Source of the DNA: Elusimicrobiales bacterium | Lineage (GTDB): Bacteria > Elusimicrobiota > Elusimicrobia > Elusimicrobiales > UBA9959 | DNA length: 64,000 nt | Assembly (NCBI GenBank): GCA_031082205.1 | Contig: JAVHLJ010000006.1 | Coordinates: forward strand, 1,445 to 65,444 | Direction: 5' to 3' | Shown here: in pieces, positions 54,105 through 62,270 of the stretch | Layout: each line of letters begins with the position of its first letter | Numbering within the stretch: position 1 is the first letter of the stretch | Made by a program: the position numbers and the translations under genes | The notes under the pieces: generated by a model | Told to the model about the DNA's origin: nothing | Seen by the model: only the letters and a program-made list of their open reading frames with translations | Database searches by the model: none

Positions 54105-57047
54105 TCAGGTAAGCGCGGCCAGTCCCTTGCCCGTCCAGCCGTCTATCCTGACGTCCAGCGGGCGCTCCAGACGCAGGTGCCGCACGTAAGAGGTCTCGCC
54201 CGCCGGACGCTGGGACTCCAGCCAGCCCCAGTTTATCTCCCCGTCCTTCCGGAAGGAATTAATCGTCAGGTAGCCCAGCCCCAGCGAGGTCACGTTGTGG
54301 AAGAAGTGCGTGCCGTAGGACGGGTCCACGGAGAAATCCCCGTAGCTGGCCTCCACTATCACGCGCGAGCCGGAGATCTGGTGCCAGCTTACAGGCACGC
54401 CCAGGTAGGGGTCGCTCGATCCCCAGCGGCCGGGACCGATCAGGAGATATGGCCGCCCTTCTTCCTGCAGCAGGCGGTTGAGCCCGTTTATCTGCTCCGC
54501 TATCTCGCGCGTCTTCGAAGGAGAGAACGTTTCCGGCTTGACGTAAACTATGTCGCGCACGTCCCTGACCTCGCCGTTGCCCAGGGCCGCGCCGCTGCTG
54601 CATATGACCTTGGCCGGGTCCACGCCGGACATGTCCACCCTCCGGGCGGCCGTGCGCGAGACCATGGGCCTCATCTGCAGTATGCAGAAGTCCACGCGGC
54701 CCGTGCCCGGGTCGCGGGTCCCCGCGAACTCCATCTCGATATTGCTGCCCATCGCTTCGCGGCCGAGGTCCGAAAGCTCGCTGAGCAGCGCCGAGAGAGG
54801 TATGACCTCGCTCTTGAGCACCGGCGCGAAAGTGACCAGCCTGGGCCCGTCGGCTGACAGGCTGTCCACCACCGCGTCGTTCTCGCGCGAGTAGGTCGAA
54901 CCGACCAGCTCCAGCGTGCCGTCGGCGGCCGCGGCGTCCAGCCCGAACACCGCCAGGTCCGGCTCCTTGTCGTAAGTGAAGGACTGCCCGGCTTTTTTGA
55001 GGTCCAGCGCCGCGAACTTCTTCTGCGAGTTGCCCAGGAAGTCCTTTATCGTGGAGAACTGGTGCAGGTTGCGGGGGTGCGCCGGCGAGAAGCGCAGGGC
55101 GTTGTGTCCCTCCACTATCGTCCTTCCCAGCCCCAGCGCGATATGGGCTATCGGTTCCTCGGCTTCCAGCGGAGGGACGGGGTAATAATTGTACGACTGC
55201 ACCACGCCGGCGAAGTCCGGGTAGTGGCGTCCGCCCTCCGCGTGCGTGCGGCCCACCACCTTCTGTATTATGACGGCCATCTTCTCCTCGTCGGGCAGGT
55301 GGGGGGAGAAGCGCCGGTAGGCCCGCGCCTCGCGCGAGAAAGCGGAGGCGTAGACGTACTTGATGGCCCGGCGCAGCTGCTCCAGCCGCACCGCCTGGTC
55401 GGGGTGGTTGTTGGCCAGCATGTACGTCTTGTAGATGCCCGCGAAAGGCTGTGTCTTGGAATCCTCCAGGAGTGAAGAGGAGCGCACCGCTATCGGACCG
55501 TCTATGGCCGCGACTATGGCCTTTAGGTCCTCTATCAGGAAATCGGGCAGCTTCGCGGCGTCGAATATCTGCGCCACCCGCTCGTTCGAGTGGGTCTCGC
55601 TCAGCTGCGCGTCCAGGCCGTTCTGCTCCATGAAGAAGTCGTAGACGTCGGTCGCCAGCACGATGGTGTTGGGGGTCTGGACGGTCACTTCCGGGAACTT
55701 CTCCCGGAAATCCTCCCGGCTGAGCAGGAAGTCCACGAAGGCCAGGCCGCGCGCCTTGCCGCCTATGGAGCCGGAGCCTATCTTTACGAAAGGAGTGGAG
55801 TCGTCGAAGAGCCTGCGGTCGAACTTGAGCACCGTCCCCAGCTGCGTGCGGTGTACGAACTGGTAGAGCGTCTCTATCAGGTACTTGCGCAGTTCCTCGC
55901 GGTCGCGGAACTCCGAGATCCTCTTGGGGCGGATGTGGTAGGCGATCTCGAACTCGGTGCGGGCGAAGAGCCACTTGGAGAAGTGGTTGCGCTCGGCGTG
56001 GTAGTAGATCGAGTCCAGCGGCACGGCCTTGAGCAGCTTTATCATGCCCTGAAGGTCCGCCGCGCGGGCCAGCTCGTTGCCCTGGGGGTCGGAGAAGATG
56101 AATTCGCCGAAGCCGAAGTAGCGCAGGATGAAGCCCCGCAGCTGCCGCCCCAGGTCCTTGGAGGACTTGTGCAGGAAGGAGGCTCCCAGCTCGCCGGCAG
56201 CCCGCGACATCGCCGAGTTGGACGACTGCAGCAGCACCGGCATGTCCGGGTCCTCGGCCTTGATGCGGCGGGCCAGGTTCAGGCCCGCCTCGGGCTCGCA
56301 TTTGTCGCCGACCGGGTACTCTATGTCGCTGATGACGCCCAGCAGGTTGGCCTTGTACCTGGAGTATATCTCCCAGGCCTCGTCGAAATTGTCGGCCAGC
56401 AGCACCTTGGGCCGCGCCTTGAGCCGGAGCATCTTCTTGGACGGGTTGAGCTCGTCGGCCATCACTATCTGCGTCTGCTTCATCAGCTCCGAGTAGATTA
56501 TGGGCAGGTAGGAGGAATAGAAGCGGACATTGTCCTCCACCAGCAGCACGGCCTGCACGCCGGCCTTCGAATCGCTCTCGAAATTGGCCGCGTCCTCCAT
56601 CAGGTTGATGATGGCCGAGAAGATGGCAGTGTCGCCGTGCCAGAGGAAGACTCCGTCCACAAGCTCGCGCGTGGCGGGGGAGACGTTGAGCACGTCCTGC
56701 ATGTTGAAGGAGAGCAGCACCACCGGCAGGCCCGGGCGCTGCTCCCGTATGCCGGCGGCGAACTCGCGCATGTCGGTGTCGCCCAGCTGCACCATGGCGA
56801 TCACCAGGTCGTAATCGCCGGTCGCCAGCCGCAGCGAGGCCTCTTCCGCCGTGGAGACGCGGGTTATGCGCGGGGCCTCCGCCAGTTCGCTGAACAGCGC
56901 CTCGGTCAGGCGCTCGTCGTCGGCTATCAGGAAGGAGTCGTAGAGCGAGGCCACCATCAGGATGTTCTTTATCCTGCGGGGCATCAGCTGCTCGAAGCCC
57001 CTGAACTTGAGGTCGTGCTCCGGGAGGTCCTTGCGCGGCGTCATCAT
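54105..57047 (-). CDS. Receiver-domain protein fused to a PEP/pyruvate-binding (PPDK N-terminal ATP-grasp) domain
   Basis: 980 aa. The N-terminal pseudo-receiver (IKNILMVASLYDSF) lacks the acidic pair. The second REC has LLVEDN...GVISDIEYP. The C-terminal ~550 aa has KIGSGSIGGKARGLAF, typical of PPDK_N/PEP synthase N-domains. No phosphohistidine swivel or TIM-barrel domain is evident. Confidence 0.65.
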   Translation of the reverse strand: MMTPRKDLPEHDLKFRGFEQLMPRRIKNILMVASLYDSFLIADDERLTEALFSELAEAPRITRVSTAEEASLRLATGDYDLVIAMVQLGDTDMREFAAGIREQRPGLPVVLLSFNMQDVLNVSPATRELVDGVFLWHGDTAIFSAIINLMEDAANFESDSKAGVQAVLLVEDNVRFYSSYLPIIYSELMKQTQIVMADELNPSKKMLRLKARPKVLLADNFDEAWEIYSRYKANLLGVISDIEYPVGDKCEPEAGLNLARRIKAEDPDMPVLLQSSNSAMSRAAGELGASFLHKSSKDLGRQLRGFILRYFGFGEFIFSDPQGNELARAADLQGMIKLLKAVPLDSIYYHAERNHFSKWLFARTEFEIAYHIRPKRISEFRDREELRKYLIETLYQFVHRTQLGTVLKFDRRLFDDSTPFVKIGSGSIGGKARGLAFVDFLLSREDFREKFPEVTVQTPNTIVLATDVYDFFMEQNGLDAQLSETHSNERVAQIFDAAKLPDFLIEDLKAIVAAIDGPIAVRSSSLLEDSKTQPFAGIYKTYMLANNHPDQAVRLEQLRRAIKYVYASAFSREARAYRRFSPHLPDEEKMAVIIQKVVGRTHAEGGRHYPDFAGVVQSYNYYPVPPLEAEEPIAHIALGLGRTIVEGHNALRFSPAHPRNLHQFSTIKDFLGNSQKKFAALDLKKAGQSFTYDKEPDLAVFGLDAAAADGTLELVGSTYSRENDAVVDSLSADGPRLVTFAPVLKSEVIPLSALLSELSDLGREAMGSNIEMEFAGTRDPGTGRVDFCILQMRPMVSRTAARRVDMSGVDPAKVICSSGAALGNGEVRDVRDIVYVKPETFSPSKTREIAEQINGLNRLLQEEGRPYLLIGPGRWGSSDPYLGVPVSWHQISGSRVIVEASYGDFSVDPSYGTHFFHNVTSLGLGYLTINSFRKDGEINWGWLESQRPAGETSYVRHLRLERPLDVRIDGWTGKGLAALT

Positions 57048-57092
57048 GGGGATAATTCTACAAAAATCGGCGGCGCGCCCCCTCGCGGCTCC

Positions 57093-57136
57093 GGATTTTG
57101 CCCGGATTTTACACGGACTTCGCCGGGACTTTTCAG
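57093..57136 (+). promoter_or_regulatory. Array of four 11-bp phased direct repeats (candidate Pho boxes) upstream of the phoB operon
   Basis: GGATTTTGCCC GGATTTTACAC GGACTTCGCCG GGACTTTTCAG, followed by the -10-like TAGGAT/GATATA. Contains TTTTACnnnnnCTTCGCC, which also occurs at 59858-59875. Confidence 0.5.
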
Positions 57137-57181
57137 CCGGGCGGTAGGATATAGGCGATGAAAGCGACTCGTGGAGGCGAA

Positions 57182-57376
57182 ATGAAAGAATCTTCCGTGC
57201 TCAAAACTTCCGCCGCGGCCCTGGCCTTCTTCCTCGGACCGCTGGCCTGGGCCGAGCCCTGGCACGAAAGCGAGACCGCCGGGGAAACGGCCTCCCTGTC
57301 CTCTCCCGCCGGGCCGGGGCCCTCCGCCGCGGCGCCGTCTTGCCATCCTGAGGGCGCGTTTGTATCATATCGGTAG
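57182..57376 (+). CDS. Small secreted protein of unknown function, first gene of the phoB-phoR operon
   Basis: ATG 57182 preceded by GGAGGcgaa. Signal peptide MKESSVLKTSAAALAFFLGPLAWAEP. The TAG stop abuts the phoB ATG (TAGATG). Confidence 0.4.
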   Translation: MKESSVLKTSAAALAFFLGPLAWAEPWHESETAGETASLSSPAGPGPSAAAPSCHPEGAFVSYR

Positions 57377-58060
57377 ATGGCGAGAAAGATACTCATAGTC
57401 GAGGACGAGCGGGACATCTCCCGCATGCTCGACTATAACCTGCGGAAAGAAGGTTACTCCACGGCGGTCGTAGAGGACGGTTCGCGCGCCGCCCTGGCGG
57501 CGGCGAAAGAGCGGCCCGACCTGGTCCTGCTGGACGTCATGCTGCCGGGCCTGGACGGCACCGAGGTCCTGCGGCGCCTGCGCGCCGACCAGAAGACCGC
57601 CTCCGTCCCGGTCATAATGCTCACCGCGAAATCCGAGGAGACCGACAAGATCGTGGGCCTGGAGCTGGGCGCCGACGACTATGTCGCCAAGCCCTTCGCC
57701 ATAAAAGAACTGCTGGCCCGGATAAAGGCCGTGCTGCGCCGCTCTTCCGCAAAAGCCGCGGAGGCGTCCCGCTTCAAGGACGGCGGCCTGGAGATAGATT
57801 TCGACCGGGTGCTGGTCACGGTCAAAGGGAAGCCCGTAGAGGTGACCGCCAAGGAATTCATACTGCTGCGGGCCCTGGTCTCCGCCGGCGGCAAGGTCCT
57901 ATCGCGCGAGGAACTGCTGGAGCGCGCCTGGGGCATGGACTCCGCCCTGGACATAGAGACCCGCACGGTCGACGTGCACGTCGGCACGCTGCGCCGCAAG
58001 CTGAAAAGCGAGGGCGCCCGCATCGTAACCGTCAAGAACTTCGGCTACCGCTTCGAGTAA
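57377..58060 (+). CDS. phoB: OmpR/PhoB-family response regulator
   Basis: ILIVEDERDI, LLDVMLPGLDG, and C-terminal winged helix RTVDVHVGTLRRKL. Context with phoR and pstSCA. Confidence 0.8.
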   Translation: MARKILIVEDERDISRMLDYNLRKEGYSTAVVEDGSRAALAAAKERPDLVLLDVMLPGLDGTEVLRRLRADQKTASVPVIMLTAKSEETDKIVGLELGADDYVAKPFAIKELLARIKAVLRRSSAKAAEASRFKDGGLEIDFDRVLVTVKGKPVEVTAKEFILLRALVSAGGKVLSREELLERAWGMDSALDIETRTVDVHVGTLRRKLKSEGARIVTVKNFGYRFE

Positions 58061-58065
58061 CCCCG

Positions 58066-59835
58066 ATGTTCAAGACCTTCAGGTTCCGCATAATCGTTTC
58101 CTGTCTCGCGCTGGTCCTTTTCTCCCTGGGGCTGGCGGCCTGGCTGGCCTCCGGCCGCCTGCAGGAGGCGGCCATGGAGAACCTGCGCGCCTCGCTGGCC
58201 GCGGAGGCTTCCCTGATCGAGGAATCCCTTTCCGCCGCAGGCTTCGACGGGCGGCCCGGCGCCGGACCCCGGCGGCTCGCGCTCCGGTTCGGCGCCCTGC
58301 TGGGCCACCGCGTCACTTTCATAGCCATGGACGGGTCCGTCCTGGCCGATTCGGGCGTGCCGGGCGGCGATCCGTCGGGCATGGACAATCACGCTGGCAG
58401 GCCCGAAGTCGCGGCCGCCCTTGCGGGTTCCCAGGAGAACGCCACCCGGTACTCCTCCACTCTGGACAAGGGGATGTTCTACCTCGCCCGCCCGGTCCTG
58501 GTGAACGGGCGGCAGGCCGGGGTGATCCGCCTCTCGGTCCCGCTGTCCTCCGTAGAGGCGCAGCTGGCCTCCGTGCGCCGGGTGGTGCTGCAGGCCTCGG
58601 CCGTGGCGGCGGCGCTTTCGCTGCTGCTCGGGCTCTGGCTGATACAGGTCCTCTCGGCTCCCTTCGGGGAGATAATAGAGGCCTCCAAGCGCTTCGCCGC
58701 CGGGGACCTGGGGCACCGCGCCCGCGTGGCCGGCTACGGCGAACTGAAGAAACTGGCGCAGACCCTCAACTCGATGGCGGAGGAGCTTTCGCGCCGCATG
58801 GGAGAACTGGCCTCCCGCAAGGGAGAGCTGGAGGCCGTATTCGACAATATGTCCGAGGGCCTGATACTGACCGACGCCTCCGGCGTCATAAAGGCCATGA
58901 ACTCGGCGGCGGGCCGGCTGACCGGGATCGCCCCGGAAAAAGGCGCCGGCGGCCGCATTTCCGATATTTTCGGCGGCACCGGCTTCGACGAGGCGGTCGC
59001 CGAAGCGATCGCCTCGGGGCGCCCGGTTTCCAGGGAGACCTCGGCCGCCTTCCGCCAGCGCTTCGAGCTCGGCGTCAGCGCCGCGCCAGTGCTGCGCGGC
59101 GGCGCGGCCGCCGGCTGCGTGCTGGTGGTTCACGACGTCAGCGAACTTAAAAAGGCGGAGCGCATACGCCGGGATTTCGTGGCCAACGTGTCGCATGAGC
59201 TCAAGACACCGCTCACGGCCATCAAGGGCAGCGTCGAAACGCTGATAGGCGGCGCCGTGGACGACAGGGAGCACCGGGGGGAGTTCCTCGACGCCGTTCT
59301 GCGCCAGGCCGTCCGCCTGGAGGACCTCGTCGACGACCTGCTCAGGCTCTCCAGCCTGGAATCCGCCTCGGCCAGGCCGGACCTCTCCGACTTCCCGCTC
59401 CGCGGCCTGGTGGAGGACGTCCACCGCTCCCTGCTGCCGGCCTTCAGGGGCAAGAAGATAGATTTCCGCGACGGGGTCCCCGAGGACCTGCCGGTGAAGG
59501 CGGACAGGAAGAAATTGGAACAGGCGCTCTTCAACCTGCTCGACAACGCCTTCAAGTACACGCCCGGCGGCGGCCGCGTCTCCGTCTCGGCCGCCGCGGA
59601 GGAGGGCCTCGTGCGCGTGACGGTGTCCGACACCGGCCCCGGCATACCGGCCGATTCGCTGTCCCGCGTCTTCGAACGCTTCTACCGCGTGGACAAGGCC
59701 CGCTCCCGGGAGCTCGGCGGCACCGGCCTCGGCCTCGCGATAGTCAAGCACTCCGTCGAGCTGCACGGCGGCTCCGTCGGAGTGGAATCGGAGGAAGGCC
59801 GCGGTTCGGCCTTCTGGTTCACCCTGCCGTCCTGA
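58066..59835 (+). CDS. phoR: Phosphate-regulon sensor histidine kinase (PhoR-like) with periplasmic loop, HAMP and PAS
   Basis: Two TM segments, a HAMP-like region, PAS (VFDNMSEGLILTD), H-box SHELKTPLTAI, and the motifs LDNAFKYTP, DTGPGIP, GGTGLGLAIVKH. Confidence 0.8.
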   Translation: MFKTFRFRIIVSCLALVLFSLGLAAWLASGRLQEAAMENLRASLAAEASLIEESLSAAGFDGRPGAGPRRLALRFGALLGHRVTFIAMDGSVLADSGVPGGDPSGMDNHAGRPEVAAALAGSQENATRYSSTLDKGMFYLARPVLVNGRQAGVIRLSVPLSSVEAQLASVRRVVLQASAVAAALSLLLGLWLIQVLSAPFGEIIEASKRFAAGDLGHRARVAGYGELKKLAQTLNSMAEELSRRMGELASRKGELEAVFDNMSEGLILTDASGVIKAMNSAAGRLTGIAPEKGAGGRISDIFGGTGFDEAVAEAIASGRPVSRETSAAFRQRFELGVSAAPVLRGGAAAGCVLVVHDVSELKKAERIRRDFVANVSHELKTPLTAIKGSVETLIGGAVDDREHRGEFLDAVLRQAVRLEDLVDDLLRLSSLESASARPDLSDFPLRGLVEDVHRSLLPAFRGKKIDFRDGVPEDLPVKADRKKLEQALFNLLDNAFKYTPGGGRVSVSAAAEEGLVRVTVSDTGPGIPADSLSRVFERFYRVDKARSRELGGTGLGLAIVKHSVELHGGSVGVESEEGRGSAFWFTLPS

Positions 59836-59844
59836 CCCGCTTTT

Positions 59845-59902
59845 TTATTTACCCGCATTTTACCCCCGCTTCGCCCCGTCTTTAACCCGTCTTTCTACAC
59901 TA
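59845..59902 (+). promoter_or_regulatory. Array of five 11-bp phased direct repeats (candidate Pho boxes) plus -10-like TACACT upstream of porin-pstSCA
   Basis: TTATTTACCCG CATTTTACCCC CGCTTCGCCCC GTCTTTAACCC GTCTTTCTACA in strict 11-bp register. TACACT lies at 59897-59902, about 34 nt before ATG 59936. Confidence 0.55.
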
Positions 59903-59935
59903 TCCCCGCAGTCGACGGTCCCAGGGAGGTGGCGA

Positions 59936-61222
59936 ATGACGTACGGAAAAACTTTAAGTATGGCCGGGGCCCTGCTGGCCCTGGCCGCCCTCTGCGCCCC
60001 GGCTGCCCGCGCCGGCGAGCTGGACCTGCTTCTCGACCGCCTGGTGGAGAAAGAGGTGCTCGATCCCGGCGAGGCGCAGGAGATACGCATCGGGACGCAG
60101 GAGGAAGTTAAGAAGGAGATCTCGCAGCAGCGGCACCGCACGCTGCCGCTCTGGCTCCAGACCATGAAGCTGCGCGGCGACGTGCGCCTGCGCTACCAGT
60201 TCAACGACAACGGCAACTCCGCCGTCGCCCAGCACCGCGGCCGCTACCGCCTGCGCTTCTTCGCGGACTCCAAGGTCAACGAGAAGGTCTACATGGGCTT
60301 CGGCTTCGCCAGCGGCAACAGCGCCGATCCGCGCTCCACCAACCAGACCTTCACCGACAATAACGGCAAGAAGAACCTCTACATAGACTATGTCTTCGCC
60401 GAGTACAACGCCTCGGATAACCTGGCGCTGACGGCGGGGCGAACCAGGAACCCGCTCTGGCTGACCAGCGACATGCTCTGGGACACGGATATAAACCTGG
60501 AAGGCCTGGCGCTGAGGGCGAACCTGCCCGGCGACGACTGGGGCCTCTTCGCCAACGCGGGGCTGGCCATACTGGGGGAGTCCTCCACCAACAAGCAGGA
60601 CCCCCACCTGCTCTATGTCCAGCCGGGGGTCGGTTGGACCCATCCGGAAGGGAAAGCGGACTTCAGGGCCGCCGCCGCGCTGTATTCCTTCAACCACGTG
60701 CGCGGCGCGACGGCGCTGCCGCACAGGCCCTCGGCGACGGACTATCAGCAGGCCAACACTCTGGTCTCCTCCCGGTACAAGTACGACTACGACGCCTTCA
60801 GCCCCGAGGCCGAGTTCAACTGGAACCTCTTCGAGCCTGTGCCCGTGCCGGGCCTGAGCGCCTTGGGCTGGAACGTGACCCACGTCGGCGCCTTCGGCAA
60901 CTGGGTCAGGGCGCTGGAGCACGGCCGCGACGCCGAAGGCTGGATAGCCGGACTCAGGCTTGGACAGCGCAAGGTGGAGGATGCCGGGCAGTGGCAGGCC
61001 TCCTGGTCAGTCAGGCGTCTGGAGCGCGACGCCTGGCTGGACAATTATCCCGATTCCGACTTCTACGGCGGCGCCGCGGGCGTCAAGGGGCAGGAGTTCA
61101 TAGTGACCCTGGGGCTGATGCGCGATTTCGCCCTGACGCTGGACTACTACGACGCGAAGCCGGTATACGGCGCGTTGAAGCGGGAGAAACTGTTCCAGGC
61201 CGACATAAACCTCAAGTTCTGA
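59936..61222 (+). CDS. Outer-membrane porin, pho-regulon linked (possible phosphate-selective porin)
   Basis: Signal peptide MAGALLALAALCAPAARA. N-terminal helical LLDRLVEKEVLDPGEAQEI, then an alternating beta-strand pattern. C-terminal ...INLKF (terminal Phe). Confidence 0.6.
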   Translation: MTYGKTLSMAGALLALAALCAPAARAGELDLLLDRLVEKEVLDPGEAQEIRIGTQEEVKKEISQQRHRTLPLWLQTMKLRGDVRLRYQFNDNGNSAVAQHRGRYRLRFFADSKVNEKVYMGFGFASGNSADPRSTNQTFTDNNGKKNLYIDYVFAEYNASDNLALTAGRTRNPLWLTSDMLWDTDINLEGLALRANLPGDDWGLFANAGLAILGESSTNKQDPHLLYVQPGVGWTHPEGKADFRAAAALYSFNHVRGATALPHRPSATDYQQANTLVSSRYKYDYDAFSPEAEFNWNLFEPVPVPGLSALGWNVTHVGAFGNWVRALEHGRDAEGWIAGLRLGQRKVEDAGQWQASWSVRRLERDAWLDNYPDSDFYGGAAGVKGQEFIVTLGLMRDFALTLDYYDAKPVYGALKREKLFQADINLKF

Positions 61223-61241
61223 AACGTACAAGGAGAAACAA

Positions 61242-62048
61242 ATGAAAAAGCTGAACACGCTGATACTGGCCGTCTGCATGGCCGCCCCGGCCTTCGCCGG
61301 CGGCAAGATAACCGCGGAAGGTTCCACCACCGTGCTGTCTATAACGCAGAAAGCCGCCGAGGAGTTCATGAAGGTCCGCAAGGACGCCGACATCAGCATA
61401 CGCGGCGGCGGTTCCGGGGTGGGCATAGCGTCCATCATAGACGGCACCTGCCAGATCGCGGCCGCTTCGCGCGCCATAAAGCAGTCCGAGCTGGAGAGGG
61501 CCTCCAAACGCGGCCGCGACCTCGTCGCCCATGTGATAGCCATGGACGGGATCTCGCATATACTGCACCCCTCGAACCCGCTCAAGGGGCTGACCAGGGA
61601 GCAGATAAAGAAGATCTACACCACGCGCGCCAGGAACTGGAAGGAGATAGGAGGTCCGGACCTGCCGATAGTGGTCATCTCGCGCGACAGCGCCAGCGGC
61701 ACCTTCGAGGCCTTCAGCGAGCTGGTGCTCGACAAGAAGAAGATAAGGCCGGACGCCATCATGCAGGCCTCCAACCAGGGCATAGCCTCCATCGTGGCCC
61801 GGACGCCCGGCGCCATCGGCTATGTCGGTCTCGGCTACGTCACTGATTCGGTCAAGGCGATAGCGGTGGACGGCGTGATGCCCGACAAGGACTCGGTCAT
61901 ACGCAACAAGTACGGGATCTCGCGGCCGCTGTTCCTCTACACCGCCGGCAAGCCGGAGGGGCTGGTCAAGGACTTCATCGACTTCATCAAGGGCCCGGAG
62001 GGGCGCAGGATAGTCGAGGAGCAGGGCTTCGTCGCCCTGAAGAAGTAA
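61242..62048 (+). CDS. pstS: Phosphate ABC transporter substrate-binding protein
   Basis: 268 aa with a signal peptide. GSTTV, IRGGGSGVG and SRDSASGT motifs of the short PstS family. SD AAGGAG. Confidence 0.85.
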   Translation: MKKLNTLILAVCMAAPAFAGGKITAEGSTTVLSITQKAAEEFMKVRKDADISIRGGGSGVGIASIIDGTCQIAAASRAIKQSELERASKRGRDLVAHVIAMDGISHILHPSNPLKGLTREQIKKIYTTRARNWKEIGGPDLPIVVISRDSASGTFEAFSELVLDKKKIRPDAIMQASNQGIASIVARTPGAIGYVGLGYVTDSVKAIAVDGVMPDKDSVIRNKYGISRPLFLYTAGKPEGLVKDFIDFIKGPEGRRIVEEQGFVALKK

Positions 62049-62210
62049 GGAGAACTATTCCGGGGGATGTCGGCGTGTCAGCACGCAGGACACGGACTCG
62101 CGCGCATAGCGCGTCGGTCCTCGGCTCTCGGCGCTCGCGCTTACGATGCTCGCGCCTCCGAGGCGGTCCTGCTTAGCTGACACGCCGCCCTCCCCCGGCT
62201 GTCTCCTTAC
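62045..62210 (+). repeat. Nested inverted-repeat (long stem-loop) element in the pstS-pstC intergenic region
   Basis: Outer arms GTAAGGAGA (62045-62053) / TCTCCTTAC (62202-62210). 23-nt arms at 62060-62082 and 62176-62198 pair at 21/23 positions. Inner GCAGGAC/GTCCTGC and CCTCGG/CCGAGG pairs. Confidence 0.7.
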
Positions 62211-62270
62211 CGGGAATTTACACGGTCTTCGCGCCGGCTTTGCGCGCTTTCCCTAGACTATACCCGTAAG

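Noticed and set aside
62045-62210. A MITE or IS remnant inserted between pstS and pstC.
   Set aside because: I saw no target-site duplication (the flanks are inverted, not direct), no transposase, and no second copy of the arms in this window. A structured intercistronic RNA element is the simpler reading, though a genome-wide copy count is needed.
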